Source: Bugula neritina (Eukaryota; Animalia; Bryozoa). From it: DNA of 64,000 bases. The stretch is from the NCBI GenBank assembly GCA_964035545.1, contig OZ037765.1, positions 10,674,698 to 10,738,697 of the forward strand, read 5' to 3'. Shown piece by piece: positions 51,401 through 61,700 of the stretch. How positions within the stretch are numbered: the first letter of the stretch is position 1; each line of letters starts with the position of its first letter. The notes beneath the pieces were generated by a model, which made no database searches, was not told where the DNA came from, and saw only the letters and a program-made list of their open reading frames with translations. The position numbers and the translations under genes were made by a program.

Positions 51401-54400
51401 GCGCAATTGTATAGCAGAACGCAAGAAAACTGACCTATTTGAGTAAGCATATACTTGTTTTGATAGGTTTGGAATGTGCTTTTGACATTAATTACTAATA
51501 AATATATGTACTAGTAGCAGTTCGGCATTTACTTTGAGCTATCTCTACCTTATATGGAGAGTAATGTTAGTCTATTAGTGGTATAAGTTTAGGGGTTTGT
51601 CTGCCATACAGTGTCATTTATTGATGAGAAGTCAATCTAGAAACTACATCTTTCGTTTTGCTATACATTCCATATTTTGCTTTAATATTACTTGTAAATT
51701 TCACAAAAATGGAAACGCTTTTACCTCACTTGAGAGGAGAAACAAAACTTGGCGAAACTGATTTTGCAGCTATTATTTTTGAGGTAATTGTACCACAGGT
51801 TATATTTTAATTGAAATGAACTATTTTGTTATCTTAAAAATACATGTTTTATTGTAGTTGGAAGATAATTTGGAGCGCGAACGAAAGCATCGAAATGATG
51901 TTGAGAAAGCCAAGAAGAAGGTTGAGCAAGATTTGAGGATGACTCAGGAGACAGTTGAAGACCTTGAGCGAGTCAAGCGTGACCTTGAAGAAAATTCACG
52001 AAAGAAAGATCAAGAGATCAACAGTCTCAACAACCGACTTGAAGATGATGCAGCACTCATTAATCAGCTTCAGAAGAAAATTAAAGAGCTCCAGGTCAGT
52101 TGCATGGTCTAATCTAAAGAGATTCTGTGGTGATTTTAGCTAATAGTTAGCATGACAATACTGCTCAGCTAATTATTAAAATAATCTTGCACTTACACTT
52201 GCTAAACACCTGATTCATGCCAACATTTTTAATCATACGTGTTGAAAAATAATAAGAAGGTTTAAGTAAACAAAATAAATTTTCTAAGTTTGCTTCAACC
52301 ATGCTATTGTTTGTTCAAGGTTATGTATGTTGATTAGCTGAAATATTTGAAGTTATCTTATAATTAGATGTCTTACATACATTCTTCAAGTGAATAAAAA
52401 GTGTATTTAATGTTAAAAAGTGTTAGTGTTGGTCGCAACGCCATCATGGACACTCAACTCAATGACGTTCTGAGCGAAAGTGAAGTGGATTCAGTAGGGA
52501 GTCATTCAGATTATGGTGGCAGCTTGAACAATGATTATTCCTTTCACCGATCTTCTAATGGCACTACTCTGTCACATATACAAGAGCATAAAACTCTTAA
52601 AAACTTGAGTGAGGATTATCGTGAACCATATTTGGATAATGAACAAGGAAAGAGGAAGCGTACAGACATTTTAGAAGAAAAATCTGCTCCCACGAATCAT
52701 ACGAGTTCTGCAATGAGCTACGAAAAGTATAAACCAAAACTAAATGACCGTCTTCCTTCTCAGTATAAGCATGTGTATATCAGCCCTAGGATATCAGCTC
52801 GTAGCAAACATGTTGTGAGAGATAGCCGGGAAGAAGAAACTATGCCTGTGTCGCAACGCACTAAGCTAGAAGTATGAGTTTCAACATGCCTTCTGCGTTT
52901 ATTATACTTTCACCAGTACCGGATTATATAGATATGTACAGTTCATGCATATTGCATGTGTAGATGTGCATTCCTATGGCGTATATATATACCTATATGT
53001 TACAGGCTCGCATAGAAGAACTTGAAGAGGAGTTGGAAGCAGAGAGAGCTGCCAGAAGCAAAGTAGAAAAACAAAGAAATGAATTACAAATGGAGCTTGA
53101 AGATCTTTCGGACAGATTGGACGAAGCTGGTGGGGCTACAGCAGCTCAGGTGGGTTTAAATTCTTATTTGTTATTCCTTTTTGGATTTTCTAGTAATGAC
53201 TTGTGACTTTTAGTAATTAGTTATTTTCACTTTGTTTGAAACGGCTTTCCTAAGTTGTTTCAAACATAAAAATTGGAGGCAGAAGAGCAATATTAATTGA
53301 ATGTTTGTTAGATTGAATTAAATAAGAGACGTGAGCAAGAACTGTTGAAACTCAAACGCGACCTTGACGATCAAGCCATGCAGAATGAAGCTAACACAGC
53401 TAGTTTACGCAAGAAGCACCAAGATGCCCTGAACGAGTTGTCTGATCAACTTGATCAAGCCAACAAGACTAAGCTAAAGTAAGCTGTCTGTTCATATCAT
53501 GATATATGTATATGTGGTGTTTAATAGCTTGTAAACTTTAGCTAATAAGTAAAAGTATTTGTAAAGTTCTTGAGATGCTTTTAGAGCCGATAAGGATCGA
53601 CAGCAATTGAAGGTGGAAGTTGAAGACTTGACTATACAGATTGAATCTGTCACCAAACATAAGGTAGATTGTAGCTGGACGGTTTTGTTTGTTATTACTA
53701 ACCCCAATACTAACCCATTTGTCATATTCACAGGGTAGATAAAGAGAAAAATGCACTTCATGCTGAACTGGAAGATATTGCTGCAAATGTTGATTTCTTG
53801 GAGCGAGCAAAGGTAGCATTTCCATTGCTATTTTGCTGACGCTATCGCTGCTCTATTTTCTATATAGAAGGTGTATAGTGATGCATGTTAATTCACTCTA
53901 GTAACACCAACTGTGCAATAGAAATTTTCACTTGTTATCTATGAGTGGTAATCGTCAAGGGACAGAGTTGATGAAAACAAGTTGTGTTTCTGTGCACATT
54001 TCACTAGGTGTTTGAAGCAGCAGTATGCTAGATTAGCAGGCTACAAAGACTGAAATGCAAATATAATAAAATCTTAAAGCTGCATGATATTGATGTTATT
54101 TATAATGCAATTGTTGTGTTGATTACTTATTTTAACTTACTTATTTCTTAATAAGGTAATGTTCATAAATGATGCAAACAAATAATCTTGTTTGATATTA
54201 GCACTGGTCAAAGTTGTGCATGTGTGGGCTCTTTTGCTGTTGTATTAGATAGTGTTTGTTAAGGATTATAAATAGAAAGACTGTCATTTTAGTAGAGAGT
54301 ATGTTAATGTATGAAAACCATATAGGCTATACATGTTTTCCTGCTTTAGGTAAATGCTGAGAAGACAGTCAAAAGTCACGAAGCTCATTTGGCTGAACTG

Positions 54401-57400
54401 CAAAGCAAACTTGAAGAGCAACAGAGAACTATCCTCGACCTCAACAGCAGCAAGAGCAAGATGCTGACAGACGCTGACGAGATCACCAGTCAGCTAGAAG
54501 ATGCTGAGTCTCAAGTTGCCCAACTCAGCAAGGTACTTTTAACTGCATGAAATTTGTCAGATTTGTGTTCAGTAGCCAACTTTTCTAGTTATTGCTGTAT
54601 TTTATCTCAATTTAATTTTCTAGCTTAAAGTCAGACTTCAAGGTGAGCTAGACGAAGCAAGGCGTTCTCTGGAGGAAGAGAGCAGAAGCCGTTCAAAACT
54701 TGCCACAGATCTTCGCAATGCTCAAGCTGATGCTGATCAGCTTAGAGATCAAGTAGAAGAAGAAGCAGAAGGAAAAGCAGAGGTGAGAGTGCATCAGCTA
54801 TTTTTCAATTTTGTTTAAAATAATAGTTTGATACTCTAGTTAGCAAGTTATTAATTATACATGTGCACATGTTGAGAACTTATATGATGATGTTACCAGG
54901 CACAGAGAGCTTATGCCAAGATACAAGGAGAACTGCAGACCTTGAAGTCTCGAATCAACAGTGGAGAATTTGGACGCAGTGAAGAAGTGGAGGAGCAGAA
55001 GAGGAAGTTGCATGCTCGTATTATGGAAATGGAAGAGCTCTTGGAATCTGCCAATGCTAAGTGCGGCTCATTAGAAAAAGCCAAATCTCGATTGAGCATG
55101 GAGCTGGAAGATATGATGCTGGAAGTTGAGAGATCACAGGGTGCTGCTGTTGCTGCTGAGAAGAAACAGAAGCAGATTGACAGATTGCTGGCTGAATGGG
55201 AAGCCAAGTACAGAGATGCTCAGATGGAGTTGGAAGCTGCCCAGAGAGAAGCTAGAGCTTATAATACTGACATATTCAGGATTAAAGCACAGCTGGAAGA
55301 AAGCACAGATGTTATTGAAGGAATGAGACGTGAAAACAAGAACTTACAAGATGAGGTTCATGACTTGTCAGAACAACTATCTGAAGGAGGAAGAAGTACT
55401 CATGAGATGGATAAACTCAGACGCAAACTTGAGGCTGAGAAAGAAGAGCTACAAGCTGCTTTAGAGGAAGCTGAATTAGCTTTAGAAACTGAAGAAGCTA
55501 AAGTCATGAGATTCCAAATGGAGATGAGTACGACTAAGCAAGAGATTGAGCGACGACTCCAGGAGAAAGAAGAAGAGTTTGAAAACACCAGACGTAATCA
55601 TGCACGAGCTCTAGAATCAATGCAAGCCACGCTAGAAGCTGAGACTAAAGGAAGATCTGAATCTATGAGGCTGAAGAAGAAACTTGAGCAAGATATCAAT
55701 GAGCTAGAAGTTTCATTAGATGTGGCCAACAGAGGGCGTGCTGATGCTGAGAAAGCAGGAAAGAAGTATCAGCAGGAGCTGAGAGATCTTCAGGCTGCTA
55801 TCGAGGAAGAGAACCGACAGCGTGAGGAATTGAGAGAACAGCATTCGCTGTCTGAGAGGCGCTGCCATATGATGAATGGAGAGCTGGAGGAGATGAGAAC
55901 TCTTCTGGAGCAGGCAGAGCGAGGTCGAAAGAGCGCAGAGTCTGAGTTGATGGAGGCTGCTGACCGAGTTAATGAACTCTCTGCCAACAGCTCTCAGCTT
56001 TCTTCTCAGAAAAGAAAGTTGGAGCAAGATCTGTCTGCAATGAATGCTGACCTGGAAGAAGCAACCAATGAAGTGCGAAGTGCTGAAGAGAGAGCTCGCA
56101 AGGCTGCCTCAGATGCTGCTCAACTTTCCGAGGAACTCCGCAATGAACAAGATAGAGCAATGCACTTGGAGAAACTGCGCAAGACTCTGGAGAACCAGCA
56201 GAAGGATCTGATGATGCGATTAGATGAAGCTGAAGCAAATGCTCTGAAGGGAGGAAAGAGAGCTCTGTCAAAGATGGAGGAGAAGGTAAGATGGCAGCTC
56301 TCACAATTGAGTATGGTAGAGTTTGACTGGGACAAGCTTATTATTTTTGATGCAACATTTATGTAATGGATTCCCATTCTATATTTGAATATTATGCTAA
56401 TTCTTTAAAAAACTTAAACTACACTCGAATATTAAAGTTCTCATAAATCTTTAGTCATTATGTGATTACCCATAGTACAAAATTACGCTCTAATTTTATC
56501 AGATAAGAATGCTGGAGGCTGAGCTGGATGCTGAACATCGTCGTCATAGTGAAGAGGTAAAGAATGCTCGCCGAACTGAAAGAAGACTAAAGGAGTTGCA
56601 ACTCGCTGCTGAAGAGGATAAGAGAGGTCAAGACAGGCTCACTGAACTGATAGAGAAACTTCAACAGAAGATCAAGACATACAAGCATCAAGTAGAGGAA
56701 GCTGTAAGTTATTTAGCACCAAAGTTGTGGATAACTATGTATGATGGTATTCTAAAGTATTTGTCGAGTTTGAATGTCAAGCCAATGACTACATATACTC
56801 TATTATAGGAAGAGATTGCGGCTGTTAATCTTGCTAAGTATAGAAAGGTGCAGCATGAGTTGGAAGATGCTGAATCTCGTGCTGATGAGGCTGAAAGCAG
56901 CATGGCCAAGCTGAGAAGTAAGAGTCGGGCTAGCCTGAGTATTGGTAGAGCTGGAGGTGCTGGAGCTTTATCAGTAAGTACATACCATTTATAAACAATC
57001 GGTAAATCAGTCTTATATCATGTTCCAGTTAGAACCTTATTAACCTAGACACTAATATGTTACTGTAGTTGTTACTGTATCTTTGTCTTCTAGGGGTCTA
57101 TGACTTTTGATTCAAGTAGTAGTAGTATGAGGAAGTCTTTGGGAAGTCCATATCAGGTGTGTGTGCTGCTGTTTTTGTGATGGCTTCTGCGAGTTTGTGT
57201 CAGTTTAAAACATGTTTTCTATTTAATCAATTTTTTATGATTCACTCATTCAGCAGCTGATTCTGCGGAAATCTGTTGATGTTTATTTATAGCCGTAGGT
57301 TTTTCATTTTGAATTGTAATTTCTCTAGAGCGGAGGTTATTCAATGACATCTAAGTATTCTCGCAGAAGTGAATACTCTAGTGAAGATGCATCTACACTT

Positions 57401-57982
57401 TAAATTTAGGTAGTTTATGCTTTGTGGGTTTCACTTCTCTGGTAGCAGTATGTAGATGTAGTAGCTTCCTTTCTTTACTGGCTTACAATGCTATACTTCA
57501 TTGTTTATGTACATAGTTATCTACTTTGTACATACACAGTATGGTATTTATGCTCAAGAAAGTTGTATGTAGATTTTCGCTATGGTTGCTTTTTCACGCT
57601 AAGCTCAATTTCTTACCAAGCTCTATTTGACTTAAGAAAATTATCCAGACTTTGCTTGGAAAGTTTTCACAGCTCTCCAGTGCTAGGCCATGTGTTAGCA
57701 TTTTTTTGCCATATAGTCAGCAATAATGGTTCATATACATCTACAGCATGCACTTTTCCGGAGATGTGGAGAGGAAATCATCATATTTGTGAATCATGAC
57801 ACTACCTAAAGCTTATCATTACCTCTGTTGATTTTTATTATTATATAATAGTTTTGCATGGTGTTATGTATTTCCTATTTTAGCCTGTCTTGGGTTCAAC
57901 TGGTGGAGGCGTTACTAGCTACCGGTTTAGCTCAACTCGAACAACCAACACCTCTCATCATTCAACCGAGGAAGAAGAATAA
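39476..57982 (+). CDS. Mhc: Muscle myosin heavy chain (class II, sarcomeric type) with extensive alternative splicing
   Basis: Start [20 protein letters not shown]; P-loop GESGAGKT; switch I NNNSSRFGK; switch II DIAGFE; [12 protein letters not shown]; IQ/lever region to WQWWKLY..VKPLL; long heptad rod; final exon ending STEEEE* at 57982. Exon phases join with GT-AG boundaries. Confidence 0.97.
39767..39970 (-). mobile_element. Degenerate tRNA-derived SINE in a myosin intron
   Basis: The minus strand shows A-box-like TAATCTATGG and B-box-like GGTTTGAGCC, then GCTAGGAAGAGCATCCAGTC, which resembles the AGGAAGGGCATCC core of V-type SINE central domains. Confidence 0.45.
40939..40948. promoter_or_regulatory. 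CArG box (SRF-type site) in an early myosin intron
   Basis: CCATATAAGG fits CC(A/T)6GG and is the reverse complement of the site at 51548. Confidence 0.35.
42807..43288 (+). other. Mhc: Mutually exclusive exon pair A: P-loop plus loop 1 (42807-42915 and 43180-43288)
   Basis: Both exons are 109 nt with the same phases: [36 protein letters not shown] versus [36 protein letters not shown]. Confidence 0.93.
44502..44849 (+). other. Mhc: Mutually exclusive exon pair B (44502-44600 and 44751-44849)
   Basis: Both exons are 99 nt, phase 1-1: [33 protein letters not shown] versus [33 protein letters not shown]. Confidence 0.92.
47517..48114 (+). other. Mhc: Mutually exclusive exon pair C, helix/strand after loop 2 (47517-47604 and 48027-48114)
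   Basis: Both exons are 88 nt: [29 protein letters not shown] versus [29 protein letters not shown]. Confidence 0.92.
51548..51557. promoter_or_regulatory. CArG box about 0.9 kb upstream of the internal catchin-like exon
   Basis: CCTTATATGG, a canonical CC(A/T)6GG. Confidence 0.35.
52446..52871 (+). CDS. Internal alternative first coding exon giving a headless catchin/myorod-like myosin-rod isoform
   Basis: Stop-free 142-codon, Ser/charged-rich, non-heptad ORF inside a rod intron. It starts in a strong context (ATCATGG) and ends at a phase-0 donor GAA|gtatga that joins in frame to exon 53006 ([14 protein letters not shown]). Nearby upstream AGs are out of phase for cassette inclusion. Confidence 0.8.
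53585..53812 (+). other. Mhc: Mutually exclusive exon pair D, S2/LMM hinge (53585-53663 and 53734-53812)
   Basis: Both exons are 79 nt, phase 2-0: [26 protein letters not shown] versus [26 protein letters not shown]. They are separated by a 70-nt intron. Confidence 0.9.
57094..57982 (+). other. Mhc: Alternative non-helical tailpiece exons of the myosin
   Basis: 57094-57156 encodes [21 protein letters not shown] (63 nt, phase 0-0). 57329-57409 encodes [24 protein letters not shown] and is followed by a donor. 57884-57982 encodes [32 protein letters not shown]. Confidence 0.75.
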
Positions 57983-58220
57983 ATTCAATTCTCTCACCCA
58001 ACAGCTTCACCGACTTCTAAACCCATGAATATGTGACTAATCCACCTCACACTTTCGACTCAAAGAGTGATAGGAACAACAGCAACATGTCTCCTTGATT
58101 TTTCGCTGATGCAAAGAGGCCCGACTTTGTGACTGTGTTTAATCATTGTAGACATGTTTAGCTACTTTAGAGCATTAGGCTCTGTTGATTTATTATCTAA
58201 AGTTTTACCTGCTTATTTAG

Positions 58221-58331
58221 AATAAATTATTTTATATATTATCACTTTGAGAATAGAGAAATACTTAAATGGAAGTAGTACAAGTCATCCTACTATAATG
58301 ATTTATTTATATTATTTTGGTTGCTAATAAA
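58221..58331 (+). terminator. Candidate myosin polyadenylation signals
   Basis: AATAAA at 58221-58226 and 58326-58331, downstream of the last stop codon. Confidence 0.4.
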
Positions 58332-58725
58332 GTTTTAAAACAAATGTTAGTTCTTCGTTCCATATATGACTTGCTAGTAAAGCTAAACTGAAAGCATACA
58401 ATCAAATTTTTTGCCAGTGCTTTATAAATATAGACTTGGTAACAGAGTATGGCAGTGATAGTTGTAGATAGATAAATTATGATTCAAAGTTTGGTTGGCA
58501 TATTAAAGTAAATAAAAAAACACACTATTCCGCACATTTGACAAAATATAGAGTAAAAGAACAGCAAATGACCAGAATCAAATTAGCAGTCTTCCCTGTA
58601 TGAAATAATAAAATTTGAGTCATTTGTCTAATCCAACATATTGCTCCTTTGAAGTGGCACGGACCGATTATCCTTCAAAGAAGATCTCTTTACTTACACA
58701 ATGAAAGTACATGCCAAGGCTGTCG

Positions 58726-61700
58726 CTATTTATGAAGAATAAATTGCTCTATGAACTCATTTTGCTCTGATTCTTCTTTTAGTAAAGACTCGTGCTGCAG
58801 TCGTAATCTAAATAACAAATTGTGTAAAAAACTTATTTGAGCTTTGACAAAATAATTTAACATGCATCGCTGTGGTGCAATAATAGTTTAAAAATAGTCC
58901 ATTTATAAAACAGAATGACTGTAACAACACTCCACAAAATTAAAATTGTAAAACACATTGCAGACTCACCTCTCAATTTGCATTTTCTTTTCAGCTATCA
59001 GTGCTTGTAGCTGTTGCTGTTGGGCCTCTCGCTGTTTAGACATTGATTTCAGTAGATTTCTAGATCCTATTGCCTATACACAGTTTAAACTTGGCATTAT
59101 AGCGAGAAAGTGATAGAAACATATGTACTGAATAATATATTATATGTTAAAAAACATTTTAAATAGTAAAAAGTTGAGTCAAGTAACACTATACACTTGC
59201 CTTTATCTTTTCTTTCTCAACTTCAGCAGCTACACTGTCTACTGTGGTAATAAAGCTGCCAACAATTTTCTGGAATGATGACATTTCTACAAGAAATTGC
59301 AACAGAATTATTGTAGCAAGATGTTGAATCCAATGTATGTAAAAAACGCTTTGCAAACAGAAAATGTGAACTTTAACATCAAGTTTGACCACACACTCTC
59401 CTGTCCTTCACAGTCACAGCAATAAACCAAAATCTGTAATGACTACTTAAGAATAGTTTGAATATTGAGAAACTACATTTCATAAGTGTTTTGGTCTACT
59501 GCTAACTAAAGTTTTTCTACTTCATAAAGCTTGAGATTTATTTACTCCAATCAGCATAGTGGGTTTGCATACTGAAAATCTGTTTCACAATTCTCTAAAA
59601 GGGTATCATTATGGACAGGAGTTAAAGGATTGCTCTATCTTGCCTAATAAATGGCCATTTAGGTCAAACACACATAATATTGTGTTTTTCTAAGCATGCA
59701 TTGACAAAAAGCATTTGACCAAAAGTAGAAAAAGTTAGTTGAAGTTGAGGGTGTAGATTGGTAACAGCCAAAACGCCGATTTTGAAATGAGCTGGGAAAT
59801 GTGACGTAACAGCGCCAGCATTCCTGCTGGTCACGTGACTATACAAATGAATAACTATAGAAATATGACTGTGAGATGTGATCTTTCAGCTCGTAATTTG
59901 TATATTTATAGAAGTGCAAATGTGAATTATCTCAATCTATAGTTTTTTGACATGTTAAATAACATGTATGTGATAACAATAGGCCATATTTTGCTTGTAA
60001 ACATAGAAAAAAGCATTGCAAAAACATGCATTCTTTAGGATGAATGCCTGCGATCGATCTAAACTAGGTCAGATTGTGCAATATTACGGGCGCACCAAAG
60101 CTGACCTATATAGCGCACTGTAACTGCTTGAGCGTTATTGGTTGATGTTGCGCTCAGCAACCTTGAATACTAGCGTTATAGTTAGCACGTGCAGCATAGT
60201 TACTGGCGTTCACACGTCACGTATTAGGCTATTCTTTTACATGGCTGAAAATTTTACCTCCCTCAAAATTGGAATTTTGAAAAGCTGTTTTCTAAGCATA
60301 TATCCCTTTGCAAAGTCACAATTGTTTGCATACACATTAGATTATAGTTCATAATTATAATGTGATTGTAATAAACTAAGATAGAGCAATCCTTTAATTT
60401 TGGATATGCAATCATATTACATTTTTAATCTTCGATATTACAAAAAACCTCTTTCAGATGCATATATTTTCCCTAAATCAATTCAGTCAACCTCAAAATT
60501 TTAATACTATAAATGGTGCTAAGTGGTGGAAGACTGGTAAAACCAAACTACTTAAATATTGGGTTTCGAAAACTAATAAAAACAAATAAAATAAGTCTAA
60601 CCTAAAGATTCTGAACAAGTAATCAGTAAACAAAGCAACACATTTTATGTCAAAATATATCTTCTATGCTGGATTAATAAAAATAATGCCCTAAAATATT
60701 GAAATTAGTGAAATTTTTAAAATATTCTATTAAAGATATTATTAAGCAGTTGTTTCTAAAACAATATTTCAAAAATGACAGATATTCATATTAAAGATAT
60801 CGTAAATATTTGAGAAATTAATGCACACATTTTACAAAACCCAGCTATGGGGTCTTGTTGCTGCAAAGATGTTGATGCAACAAACTATCAAAGAGAAAAT
60901 AGAAAGTCACTCATAAATCCAAGCATTGACATGGCCAAATATGATAAGAGATGGCAGCATCGACGAAGCACAGTATCAGAGAAATTATCCAAGCTTTTAA
61001 TTTTTCAAAAACAAAAGAATTCCATAGGACCAGTGCCTCATCTGCCAGGAAAACTCGATGATGAGGAAAATGAGCCAGTAGAACCTGAAGATTAGACGGT
61101 AACAATAAAACTGCTGGAGATAGGAATTGTGTAAAGTGTGAGATGACGTCACTCCTATAACACTAACACTGGACTTAGATTTTAGATTCGATGTCAAAAC
61201 AAAATCTTATGCCATTACATACGAATTTGATGCTTATAACAGAAGCAAACAGCATTAACAGCATCAACGAAATGAACATGGGTAGAGTAAAGTTCACACA
61301 GGAACAAAAATCTACTATCAGATGATAAAAAAACTTATTGCATTTCAAATGTTTTTTCTATTCTATTTGTTTTTAATTATCAAATTCAAATTAAACTATG
61401 ATTTGACAAAAAGTTGAAAAAATGAAACGCTTCTGTTAGTAGAACACTTAAAAATGAAACACAACATTTATAGTCAAATTATTGCAAACTCCTCAGAAAC
61501 TCAAGAAACTAGAAATGGTATGTAATATTTACTAGTGCCGCCACTACCACTTTATTTAAGAACATAGTAAAATCCACATATATTGATTGAACTACTGATA
61601 TATATTTTTTGGAATCTAACAAAAAAGTAACAATTGCAGTGCTTTGCTTAAAACACGTTGGATATAAGAAAGTCATGTGCCATGGTTTAATTTTTTTAGT

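Noticed and set aside
54911-56377. Several antisense and alternate-frame ORFs over the large myosin rod exon
   Set aside because: Shadow ORFs caused by the codon bias of the coiled-coil coding strand.
57488-57799. 103-aa ORF in the last myosin intron
   Set aside because: Composition is typical of AT-rich intron translation, with no convincing splice signals or recognisable homology.
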